A DNA stretch of 60,725 nt, from contig NW_019217790.1 of the NCBI RefSeq assembly GCF_002571385.2, positions 1,842,776-1,903,500 of the forward strand. The letters are read 5' to 3'. The translations under genes and the position numbers were made by a program. Shown one piece after another: positions 39,401 through 50,958 of the stretch. Each line of letters begins with the position of its first letter. Positions within the stretch are counted from its first letter, which is position 1. A model generated the notes under the pieces. The model saw only the letters and a list, made by a program, of their open reading frames with translations. It was not told the DNA's origin and did no database searches. Source of the stretch: Stylophora pistillata. Lineage: Eukaryota.

Positions 39401-39943
39401 NNNNNNNNNNNNNNNNNNNNNNNNNNNNNNNNNNNNNNNNNNNNNNNNNNNNNNNNNNNNNNNNNNNNNNNNNNNNNNNNNNNNNNNNNNNNNNNNNNNN
39501 NNNNNNNNNNNNNNNNNNNNNNNNNNNNNNNNNNNNNNNNNNNNNNNNNNNNNNNNNNNNNNNNNNNNNNNNNNNNNNNNNNNNNNNNNNNNNNNNNNNN
39601 NNNNNNNNNNNNNNNNNNNNNNNNNNNNNNNNNNNNNNNNNNNNNNNNNNNNNNNNNNNNNNNNNNNNNNNNNNNNNNNNNNNNNNNNNNNNNNNNNNNN
39701 NNNNNNNNNNNNNNNNNNNNNNNNNNNNNNNNNNNNNNNNNNNNNNNNNNNNNNNNNNNNNNNNNNNNNNNNNNNNNNNNNNNNNNNNNNNNNNNNNNNN
39801 NNNNNNNNNNNNNNNNNNNNNNNNNNNNNNNNNNNNNNNNNNNNNNNNNNNNNNNNNNNNNNNNNNNNNNNNNNNNNNNNNNNNTAGGCCATAGGGTAGG
39901 CCACAGGGTAGGCCATGGCCTAGGCCAGGTTTTGTCCACACCC
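36418..39943. mobile_element. Foldback/Mutator-like non-autonomous element with 12-bp tandem-repeat TIRs and a 9-bp TSD, carrying a GH5 gene
   Basis: Left gggtgtggacaaaacgtggcctaggccat(ggcctaccctgt)n; right (acagggtaggcc)n atggcctaggccaggttttgtccacaccc. Flanks tgcagaccg (36409-36417) and tgcagacag (39944-39952). Both arms run into N gaps. Confidence 0.8.
36834..38694 (-). CDS. Secreted glycoside hydrolase family 5 (cellulase)-fold protein, 364 aa, 2 exons; predicted nucleophile Glu is Ala
   Basis: Exon 1 38694-38625 (MFRSLVLLSSAFLPFMVFITGET, signal peptide, donor gtgggt); exon 2 37858-36834 (acceptor tttttgcag); phase 1 matches. GH5-like motifs: GFSNLRL, VVDHCLKHDVIPII, WWTAVARQLKD, FNLFTE, IRRTGGNNPQRILIL, EWHLY, YLGAW, NIPWSL. 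Confidence 0.85.
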
Positions 39944-42115
39944 TGCAGACAGTGGAGACGGGGGAATTTTTGGTTACTTACTACTTCACCCTTCGATACA
40001 GTACACCCGTGATTATATATATATTTTCTTATTTTTACAACAGGGAAGGTTTCGTGGCCAACAGATAAGTGCCGACTGCTTGTTTACTAGACTTGGCCGG
40101 TTTTTGGGTCCTCAACGAAGAGTCCGGACTCGCTCACACTCTAGTCCTGATCACGTGAAACTTTATTTGCTGAATCAAAGTGCTTATATACATATTGGTG
40201 GCTAGTTTTTACGTGATTAGATATGCGAGGGAAGGCATGTAGTTTCCTTTCAAGTAAACACCTCAATTCGAACGCGAGCATAATGTTTTGTTCGTCCCTA
40301 AGTAAATCCTGCTTTGTTAAGATTACACTTTGCACATTTTTGCATGTTACAAGGATCATATTTCTGCTTTACAATAACCTCGTAGACTATTGATCTATTC
40401 TTAAACTTAGGATGACAGGTCACGTTTCAATGCGCTAGTCACGCTTTCTTTAGTTTTACTACACTTATCATTAATTTTTGATGAAAAGTCTTAGAAAAGT
40501 CTTAGCTTCCACGAAATGTAGAAATCATTGTTTCATCTTTAAGGCAATGTCCTATCAGAAAAAAGGCGTGCAAATGTATGGGTACGATCTTATTTCCGAA
40601 TAAAAGTCGATTTTAGCTTGCAGCACTTTATTTACTGTAAAGTTCGTTGGGTCGTGTTGTGAAGATCCTGATAAATATTTGCTTCGTCCACGCAGCCCAT
40701 TTCTTACCACTAAATCAGTCACTGGTTTCCATACTCAATACAGAAATAAAGAGAGTTAACAAAAGTGTATGACAAAGCTAAAAAATTCATCTCAACACAA
40801 GGGAAAATTCAAATCAGTACAACCCTCCCGTCTCCCTCTCAGCCGTTTTTAGGGTCGTCACGCAACGCTCCTCCCCACTAACGGCTGCTCACGAGAGAGA
40901 CACATTCCTTTCCCTTAAATTGACCAATAAGAAACAGGCTTCCATATTCTGGAAATCTGGTCCAAGTCCCTCTCCATTACTTGAAAGCAAACTTTAAACT
41001 TTTTTGTAATTCGTGAGGGTGAACCGTGAGCCAAAGCTTTTAGAATTGGTTCCATATCGTCAGACAGGGTCTTGTTCATGGTCTTACTGGGATACTCAGC
41101 GACGACCTTCGTCTTGTTTCATTTTTTGGCTGATTTGTTTGTTTTATCTTTGGACTCAATGTGACAAATTGGGCGGCAAAAGCGCTTCGTACGAGTGAAA
41201 ACGTGCCATTGTCAAATAAACAACCTTGTGGTTTAGTGAGCCTTGGTAAGGTTGAACTCGAGGGAGTTAAGTTGGAAGAAGTCGTAGGAAATTCATTTAA
41301 ACTTACAAATGAAAGATGTTTTTTGACGGATGTCCCACCGACAGGTGTTAATTGATTTATATTTTCGGTGCGCAGTAATCGTTTCAAATGTTTGCCACTC
41401 TCTGAATAAGGAGACTTGAGCTCAGTCTTTATCTCTCTGACATGTTCTTCCGCGTTTTTGGTATTTCATCGAAGACTTGTAGCATTTAATTCACACTGCA
41501 ACGTCCGAATCAGAGTAAACATTTACATCGATGTCGAGTGCCTTGTTTATAAGTCTTTGAAGGTCAACAGAGCTTCTTCCCGTACTACAAAATTTAAAAA
41601 CACGAACACGTTGTTTAGAAGTGATTGTAGCTGAACAAATAAGCAATTTGTATCACTATTCAATATCTTTTATGGAGTAACATTCATCTTCCACTTGGGC
41701 AAGACCGCGCACGTGTGTATCTGTTTTTTGTTTCGCGCGCCCAGCAAACCTAAGAAGGAATTTTATTGGTGTAGCCGATGACAATAACGTGCATTCTACA
41801 TATGATGCACGATCCTCGCAGTAGATAGCGCTATTTAAGCAATAGCGAAAATCAGACCTGAAAAAAATCNTTGCCTTCGTCCTGAAAGATGGCGTCAGTC
41901 TCTTCGCTGTACCAATGTGCAGCATGTATGTTTTCGTCAGCCACCATGGCTGACATGTTGAACCATCAGTGCCACATTCCTACGTCCCAAGGTGAAAACG
42001 TTCGCTTCTTTCTCAAATGCATTTCGAGGGTACATACCGAATAATCAAACAAAGCAATACGAGTGGAGTTTCCCCGCGATATTTAACACGTGACATTAGT
42101 TTTTTTTTTTTCCAG

Positions 42116-42910
42116 AGTCTGAAGATATTGTGGGGGAAGATATTTGCGGTTTAGCCTTGATGCAGGCCGAAGAGACTGTAACACCTGAAGTTGTCTCACC
42201 CGATAATGTAAGTGCTGAGAGCCAAAAGTTACTTGTAAGATGGGAAGACAGACGTGTTTCCCTGTTGATATCGTCGTACTCAAAATTTAACCACCTTTTA
42301 GGGAAAGGAAAGACCACGCGTACGAAGAATGAAGTTTTTGCCAAAATTTCCTCGGAATTGAACTCGATCTCCGAGGAAAGAGTAACGGCTGATCAATGCC
42401 TTCGAAAATGGTCCAAACTAGAGATCAAGCAAAAGGAAATAGAAGACAATAACAAACAAACAGGAAAACCTCGAGAATCATGGAAGTTTCATGATGATAT
42501 GAGTGAGTGCATGGGGTCGAGTCCAAAGATGAGTCTGGCATTTACCTTTGACACCTCTTCCTCTAGTTCAAGTAGCACAAACCAGTGTGACAGGGATGGT
42601 GACTATCATTTTGAAGATCATTCAGACGAGTCAGGTAATGATGAATCAGGAGACGAAAACCAGAAGAAAAAGAAAAAAGCAAAGCTTCCAACCAGGAAAA
42701 GGAAGAGCAATTCATCTGCAGCTGAAATGCTGCAATTCCTTCATTCTTACATTCTTGTCTTCATTATTTCTCTTCTGTTGGGCAATTCCTTCATTCTTAC
42801 AGTGAGAAGAGGGAAAAAGTGGAGGCAGAGAAATTAGCTTTAATGCAAAGTATGAAAGATGAGTAAAAATAATTTTATTCTCATTTCCTGGAATTGTTTA
42901 AAAATAAATA
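42116..42910 (+). pseudogene. Myb/SANT-like (trihelix) DNA-binding ORF, probably Harbinger transposon ORF2, frameshifted
   Basis: RWEDRRVSLLISSY...VFAKISSEL...TADQCLRKWSKL...NNKQTG...WKFHDDM, followed by an acidic/Ser tract and a coiled-coil tail. A 50-bp insertion at ~42752 breaks the frame. A convergent Harbinger-nuclease-like C-terminal remnant (RLAQQKRNNLKAVI) lies on the minus strand at ~43550-43650. Confidence 0.7.
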
Positions 42911-43650
42911 AGCACTACCTGTAGCAAATTTATTTTAAGTTTACTATTGAAATTGGAAATTTCTTACAAAGCACAGGTCATTGTTGTCTTTTAAATTGAA
43001 ACACTGATATCACTGATGTCAAAGTTTTTCTCTGCCAGTCTAAATTTGTTATTTAAAACATTTATTTGAAGACTTTGTTGTTTAGTTTCCATTATTAACC
43101 AAAGCACTGTTTTTCAAAACAAAGGCATTCTACTGTGGCATGTTGTGTTTTTCAAAGTTTTAATATTGCAAACATTTGAATCAATGAATAAGTAAGAAGC
43201 TGTATTTTTGTATAGCTACTAAGATTACGAATATCAATGACTTTAATTTACTTGACAAAGGAAAGAGATAATTAAATTTTACATTTCATTATCTGATGTC
43301 CCATATTTATTATCACCACACAGTCACAACGGACTGGTGATATTCAGAAGAGGGTAGGGGGGGCAAACAACTCTGCATTTCATTATTTTATGATAAAGCT
43401 TTGTAAAATTTCATGAAGTTGAGTTTTCTGAAAAAATATCTGTCAAACAACTCTAGTTAGGGCAGGAGTGGACTCTAACCCAAGATTTCCACCTATTCCC
43501 TTTGCTTTAGCAGCTCCCCTTGCATATAGCTGATTAATTGATGGTTCTGTTAGATGCGGTTAGCATATATAACAGCCTTCAAATTATTTCTCTTCTGTTG
43601 GGCTAATCTGTCATTTCGTTCAGCAATACCATTGTCATTACCACCATCAT

Positions 43651-46312
43651 TGTTGTTTAGTTACGAAAGAATCGTTTTAATGTCTCCCATCAAGTGTTAC
43701 ACCAACTGCCTAGTTATTACAAACGTCCGTCCCTTAAGTTTGAACACTCAAACGAGGCTACTACTAAACAATGCCTATTGTTACATCCTTTTCCTTATAA
43801 AATAAAATAAAAAATAAAATAAATCAAAGAGAAACAGGATAAACAAAAAACATACTAACAGACAACGTCAGTGAGTTCAACTGTTCAAAGTTTGTGAAGC
43901 GTAGAAAGCTTCGACGCTGGTTACATCCCAGTAACATAATCCCTTAAATAAGCTGGCTTCTTAACAACTCTGCCTGATCGCGTTGTTGGGCCTTGCACAG
44001 GTGACCCACTAGGCTGAACAAGTGGCTCCGGTTGCCGAGATGCCATTGGATGCTCCATGGTCGCATCTACTTGACCACTGGGTACGGTTGTCCGCATACA
44101 CGGCGCGGAGAGCTCATGACCGGTCTGTGCGTGTTCGGGTAAGGATATCGACTGTTGATCCGATTGCTAAACGCCTTCTTCAGCCACTAAAGCAGATCTT
44201 GAACTTCGGCAGGCCTCCTTTGTTTTCCTCAGGTGACGGCGATTTCGAGGATATCTGGCTCCATCTTCGGTCGCCACCTCGAAGGATCGAGTGCCAACAC
44301 ACTTTCAACCTTGGCTTTCACAGCTTTTTTACTAGAATTTCCAGACGGCAAGAGTCGCACTGTATCTCCACTTCTAAGTGCTCCCAGATCCTTAGCCCCC
44401 CCTATTGTAAGTAAGGACTCGTCGTTCTTTCTTGGCGAGAAGCTTCTTGATGGATCTTGGGCTGGACAACTGGCCTGAGAAGCTTAGGAATGATGGGTAG
44501 TTGTGCTCTTGTTCGCCTTGACATCAACCGCTGCACGGGACTGGTGCCCAATCCTTGACTGGGCGTGTTTCTGTATTCTAGGAGAGCGAGATATGGGTCT
44601 GTTCTGGCTTTTCTTGACATCCTCATAACATTTTTAGCTGATTTAACAGCCGCTTCTACCTTTCCGTTACATTGCGGATAAGCTCGCGAACTCGTTACAT
44701 GCACAAAGTTCCACTGGCGGGTAAATTCCTTAAATTCAGTCGATGTAAACTAAGGACCGTTGTCTGATACACACGTCTCCTGGATTCCGTGCCTTGCAAA
44801 GTGCGACTTTAACTTCTGTACTACCGCCCCCGAGGTAGTTTTGTCAAGGCAATCGATTTCCCAGAACGAAGAATAGTAGTCAACACAAATGAGATAGTTT
44901 CGACCCCTGTAAGTGAACAAGTCAACTCCGACTTTCGCCCATGGCCGGTCGGGAACTTCATGAGGAATGAGAGTCTCCTTGGGCTGCTTCCGGTCAAACG
45001 CCCTGCAGACATCACACATTTCAATAAACTGCTTGATTTCACCGCTCATTCCTGGCCAGTATACGCTTTCTCTAGCGAGCAAAAGGGTGCTTACAACTCC
45101 ACTATGAGCATAATGCAGACGATACAACATGTCTCGAGGCAGCGACTTTGGGACCACCACTCTTTCTCCTCTAATGACAATACCATCGCAGACGCTCAAC
45201 TCATCTCGAACGTCAAAGAAGGGCAACACCAGATGACACAACTCTCCTTTAGTTTCAGGCCAACCAGCCTTGATAACTTTAATCAGTTCTAGAAGGCTGT
45301 CTTCCTTCTGCGTGTGGTCTTTAATTTCTTGAAGCGTACTCGGCTTCAAACGGATGTGCTGCGTCATGTTAATGCTCTCAATCTCTGAAGCGATACCGTG
45401 GCTTCCATCGTAGGGTAAATAAGCGCGACTTAGGGTGTCGGCTAGATACATGGTGGAGCCATTCTTGTAGGCAAGGCTGACGTTGTACAACTAACCTCGC
45501 ATGAGCATGCGCTGAAGCTTCTTCGGAGCTCGATGCAGTGGCTTCTTGAAAATAACTTCCAGAGGCTTGTGGTCTGATTCTACGAACACTTCTCTTCCGT
45601 AAGTGTAAGTATGAAACCTTTCCGAACCATAAACGACCGCCAAAAGTTGCTTCTCAATCTGGACGTACTGAGACTCTGCATAGGTTAACGCACGGCTCGC
45701 ATAGGCAGTAGGCTGACCTTTCTTAAGTAGGATGGCACCCAGTCCTTTATCTGATGCATCGCACTGTAAGGTGAGGCTCCCTGTTGAGTCGAAAAATTTG
45801 AGGACAGGTACCTTTGTGACCAACAGCTTCACTTGTCTGACAGCACTGTCAGGTATGTCAGTCCACAACCATTCTGCATCTGGTGAAGTGAGCTTACGGA
45901 GGGGCTCCAATGCATCCCTTAGTCGAGGCAGAAACTTGCTAAGATAATTTGTGAATCCAATAAACCTTCGAACACTGACCACATCAGATGGCGTGGGCAT
46001 TTCTAACACTGCCTTAACTTATGCGGGATCTGCTTGGAGACCCTTCTCCGAAATCACATGACCCATAAATGGGACTCCTTTGCGTCGCAGATTCACCTTG
46101 TCCTGGTTCACGTTAATGTTCTGCTCCCGGCACCTTCGCATTAAGGAGGGAAATTGTTGTCATGATCTGTCAGTGCTTCTTCTAATGTAGACCCCTCGCC
46201 TAAAAATCAAGATATCATCATGAATGGTTAATACACCCGTCAGGCCGTCAAGTGCGTGGTTAAGCCTTCGATGGAACTCCTCGGGGGCCGAACAAAGACC
46301 AAAGGGTAGGCA
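43651..46312 (-). mobile_element. Gypsy/Ty3 LTR retrotransposon, 5'-truncated and degenerate (RT-RNaseH-integrase, PPT, 3' LTR)
   Basis: RT LPFGLCSAPEEF...IHDDIL; RNaseH LQCDASDKGLGA...ESDHKPL; integrase H-H-C-C, VGVDLF, VSDNGP, YPQCNGKVE; stop at 43921. PPT aaggaaaagga at 43786-43796; TG...CA LTR at 43651-43785. Confidence 0.93.
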
Positions 46313-47277
46313 GCCCTCGAAAAGCACGTTTTCTAAGTCAAAATCTTCTGTTAGCTCATGTACTACAATGAAGCTTTGGTCCGCCATATTGTCAAATTTT
46401 CCCGCCGTGGAACGCAGACGTGTTTCCGGCTCCAGTTGGAGCGGGACGAAACACCTGATGGATAAATGGTAAGCTCAATCTCATTCGGTTGGTCCATGAA
46501 TTCGGAAACTCCCTTACCTTTATGCCACGGTCACACCGATCGGATTTTTCTTACAAATGGTAAGCACCCTAAACCTTCCCTCGTCGATCTCCGTCTCACC
46601 ACGTGCTCGATAACTTTGAACCTTGGGATTTCGTCCAAATTGTTGCTAGGTAACCTAAGCTCGAAACAACCTCGTGAAACTACCGTTATGTGGTGTCCAA
46701 AAACTTGACGCTGTTCCAACGTTACTAAAAGAGTAAGGAAAAGGTGTAAACAAGAATTTAAAAAAAGTGAAAAAGCTGAAAAGATACAAAAAAAATTCCA
46801 GTCTGCACAGTCTGCACGGTCTGCAGTCTGCGTTTTAACATGACCAGCGGTCGTACTACATGTAAAACCCAGTTTCCACAATAGAAATTTGTACGATATA
46901 TTGCCTCTTCTTCGAGCGGATGTCATTTCTGAGTGACAGGAACTGAGATATTTCGAATCATCTAAAAACTGTTAGAAAATTGTCAGAAAATTTGCATAAG
47001 ATATATTAACGAGAGACTTATCACCACCGCAGTGCAATCGAGTCAGTCAATGTTTCCTTCCACGTCTTGATCTGGGAAAAATCCAAACAAAATTCGAAAT
47101 AAAAGATTAAATGAAATAATAATGTCATAATTCCACCTTCTAAGCTACTCATTATCCACACGCAAAGCGCAACTCGTAACTGGAATGAACTCCCCATGGT
47201 GATATGTAATCTGGATTACTTCAGGCTCTTCAGGAAAACGAACAGCGATTTTGTCACGATTTCTTTTCTAAGCTTAA

Positions 47278-47589
47278 AGAGGGGGGCATTGGGGCCTCTG
47301 GGAAACCGCAAAACCGGAAAAAAAAGCCTCCAAAACAGAAACACCGACGGAAAAAGGCAACAAAACCGAAAACCGCTACAGTTTCACCTTTAAAGGGGTC
47401 AAAAAAGAAAAACCGAAAACCGCATCAGAGTTTTCGTGAAAACCGAAAACCGAATGCAAAAACACGTAAAATTCGCCAACCGCTCTGAACATCAAAACTG
47501 GAAAATCGAACCTTTTAGGCCCAAAAACCAAAAAACCGATCCAAAAAACAGTCAAAGCCGCAAAACCGAAAATCTCAAAGCCCCCCTCC
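47278..47589. mobile_element. TTAA-flanked MITE with internal aaaaccg repeats (Kolobok/Sola3-like termini)
   Basis: ttaa|agaggggggcattg ... caaagcccccctcc|ttaa. Confidence 0.7.
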
Positions 47590-48125
47590 TTAAAGAAATA
47601 TGGATATAACGCAATCTTCCGGTGATTTACACGTCAGGAAGTCAAAGGTCTCTTTTATTGCCCCTTGAGGTGGCCGGCTCACCAGGTGAAAGAAGGGATC
47701 GTTTTTTCCGATGACGTTAGTCTGTGGAGATTATCAAGCTAACATCTGAGAATATTGTGCTCGTTGGTTCACCAGAGACACATCTGTACTCCTCAGTCCA
47801 TGCAACACCGAAAAAAGAACCTTTGTAATTTGTAGGCACTTACTGTAGCATTTTATCATCAAGAAAAAGAAATCTCAAGGCTCAAAGCCAAAGTATCGTT
47901 CAAGCATGCAAAAGATTCCCTGAAAAAAGCTAAATTTGTGGAAAATGGCTGCGATAAAATCCCTGTTCCACTTGTTGTAATGCGGGAATACCGAGTTGTT
48001 CAAAATCTCCACTTCGCGATAATTTTCGCGCGAGTGGTGGATTTTACATGTAGTTCTACCGCTGACAAGTTGTGATTTAATACTCTCACTCTCAGTGTTG
48101 ATGAGCATTCAATCAAGGTATTCCT

Positions 48126-48486
48126 GACAGAGCTGAATAATGAAAATCTACGTCAGAAGGTATGCGGTCAACAACGCGGGCTCAAGTGTACTTGGTCTTA
48201 AAATTTAGCGAAATTAGCGGAAAATAATAAGGGCTGACTTTTAAAACCGAGGAACTCCGTTTTCGTCGAAGGCACTTTCCTATTTCTAGATGTTTTAAGG
48301 AGAAAATAAATTTTTGAAAATTTTTAGGGAGTGTACCAAGTTTTTGGAGGTTGTTCTGTAAAAGAAAAGCAGCAAGGAAAACGATGCCTCGAAGCAACAG
48401 AATAGGAAATCAACCATGCGAACGACTCAAAGTCCGTGTTTGCGCGGCAAAACCTAGCGCATGCGCATACATTATTCAGCTCTGTC
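48126..48486. mobile_element. MITE-like element with a perfect 16-bp TIR
   Basis: gacagagctgaataat (48126-48141) / attattcagctctgtc (48471-48486); no clear TSD. Confidence 0.6.
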
Positions 48487-49572
48487 GGTTTTCCTCTCTC
48501 TTTTTTGGTTGTTTTTACTTTAGAAGGCGAGGAAATCTGTTGAAATGTCGAAAAATGTCCATATCTCGTCTTCTTTGGAACGACCTGATGGAAACTTCAT
48601 GGAGAAATCCAGCGTCACGCCATCGTAATAACGTACATGTTTATGACAAATGACCGGTGTTACGGATAGTTTCGTGTAAATCAGCCAGCTTGATTTAACA
48701 GGTTTCAAATGACAGACAGGTATAACAGTGTATCGTCAGAGGATTTCAGATTGCTCAAATTCCCGTGAAAGAAGGTACAGTACTCGGAATCTGGATGATA
48801 TGCACACGATTTAAGGTACATGTTTGTAGTTACGTCGGGTAGTCCTCCATGAAGGTTGATAATTTTTTTTTTTAAATATTAAAGCTATAGGTGAGATTTC
48901 TCTTCGCTATATTGTTTAGAAGATAATAGAAGATAACATTCTTTCAAAGTCTTGTACTTTTCATTGGTCTGAAAGGTTTTGTTGTTGAGAACATTAGTTG
49001 TAAACACTGCCAATTTATGCAATATCTGATTTTTGAGCTTCGTTCGCGAATTGCCGCTATGAAAAGTAGAGGCCGGCCCGCAGAGATGTTTACATATTTA
49101 AAAACTAGAATATTATAACCAACTAAGTGCGTAGTTTCAGTCCAGAATCGGTGTACTTTTGGAGAAATTTAGACAAACGTTTTCCCTGTTTTACCCTACA
49201 GCAAAATCGACCGAAACTGTACCAAGATAAATAATCTATTCGTGTGCTTGCATTCATTCCCAGTGAAAATTGAAGGCATCAAAGTAAAGACAAAGTGTCA
49301 CTATGTATGCTAGAAGTACCAATCTGTAATGTTATATTTAGCTTGAGATAGAGCAATAAACATTTTACACTTTTTTTGCGATGTTTTTGTACGAAAATGA
49401 GGCCCCAGGCCTCGAACAAGCAGTCGTTGTTACCATGGCAACTAGAGTGCTGCAGCTTTTACAAAGGGCATTTTTGTGCATCCCCCTGAGTGCCTAACTG
49501 CATGCAAAATTTGAAGGGGGGTTGAAAATTATCATTTCCCAAGATGTTTGATTCTGACAGACTCATTCTTAA
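48486..49572 (-). repeat. Right arm of the long inverted repeat, pairing with 35049-36128
   Basis: Reverse-complement colinearity along its full length, with scattered mismatches and indels. Confidence 0.9.
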
Positions 49573-50277
49573 AAGCGCTTATTCAAGGAAATGCAGTGAC
49601 TAGTTTAGTTGTCGAAGACTGCAAGCAGAAGTCCCCACCGTCCCGTTTGTTCCTCTATTTAGAGGAACTACAGTGCTAATGCCGTACTTTTGAAGCACAC
49701 GTGAGTCGCACGAGGGGGACTAAACCGGTCGTAAGGCGTTAGCCTCGGTCTAGCAGAATCCAGCACTAACGTGTTAACTTTGCAGGTATATTTCAGTATT
49801 ACAAACCCAGCAGTTAAGCGCTCAAAAAACACCCTACGTTAGTAAATGCACCTCGCGGATAAGTACAGGCGAACTCATTTTCGTGATAACCGACGGAGCT
49901 TTAGTCAAACCTTTTAACCGTAATAGTGACTAACATTTAAATTCTCATTACTGTCTGTACTTCTGCGAAATTACTCACTGGGTCACGAGAATAATGGAAA
50001 CGAACGCCAACCTAAGAAGCTTTGATTGTCAAACGAATTCTACCGGTCATTTCCGAAGGAATTTAATAGGAAAGAGTAGGGAGAATATCAACACTTATGT
50101 TAGGGTGCAAAGGGTTATATCACTCAGTGACGCTATAGCTAGTACTGAGTCCCTTCATCCTGGAAATGAAAATTAAGTCAATGATTGCAGTGGAAAGGTG
50201 AAAAATTTGCCAGATATGACAAATTTATGCCTCTGTCTCAAATGCAAGCCGGTGACTCTGAACCAACGGTCAGATCG

Positions 50278-50550
50278 GGAGCAGGGATGGCGCAGTGGTG
50301 AGAGCGCTCGCCTCCTACCACTGTGGCCTGGGTTCGATTCCCGGACCTGGCGTCACATATGGGCTGAGTTTGTTGTTGGTTCTCGTCCTTGCTCCGAGGG
50401 TTTTCTTCAGGTCCTCCGGTTTTCCACCCTCCGCAAAAACCAACATTCCAAATTCCAATTCGACCTGGAGTCGAGTGTCTTTAACGTGAGCCACTTGCTC
50501 GCAAGATTGGGCAACCACTTCCAACGTTATCGACTTAAAATAAATTATTT
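50278..50550 (+). mobile_element. tRNA-derived SINE, family C
   Basis: A box tggcgcagtgg and B box ggttcgattcc, followed by a non-tRNA body gggctgagtttgttgttggttctcg...ctccggttttcc and an AT-rich tail. Confidence 0.8.
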
Positions 50551-50958
50551 ATACTCGGATTCATCCATATCCAGATTCGAACCGCAGGCAATGCTTTATT
50601 GAAGGGTTACAATTCAAAAGTTGATCAAAAGATAACCATAATATGACTAACACTATAAGAGAAGTCGTGTAATCAAAGGTGACTGCGCAAGCGTGCTCCT
50701 TATTCCTATTTTGCTCTGGTCGTGTGTGTTTACACATTAAGGCGCACCAGGGAAATTCCTATTGATTTAAGATTGAAACTACTGCGTTGAAAATTTTTTG
50801 CAACAAATGGCTAAGCTCCAGCTGTGCGGAAGGTAGAGTTGGTCTCGTTTACACCGGGATACGTAATGCATTTACGGTTCCTTATATCTTTTCTACGAGT
50901 AAGTAAATGAGATGAATGAAGTTTTTTCTTTAGATGGATGCAGAATCAATCGTGTCTC

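Larger units (their letters stand above)
36370..46846. mobile_element. Putative TIR-bounded composite element with gcagact-repeat termini
   Basis: Left cggccacgttaaaaggcagactgcaaaccgtgcagact; right agtctgcacggtctgcagtctgcgttttaacatgacca. Flanks gcagtaata / gcggtcgta are 6/9 identical, a possible aged TSD. Confidence 0.5.

Noticed and set aside
41030-41640. Possible degenerate coding sequence on the minus strand
   Set aside because: No recognisable motif and interrupted by stops; cannot be assigned.
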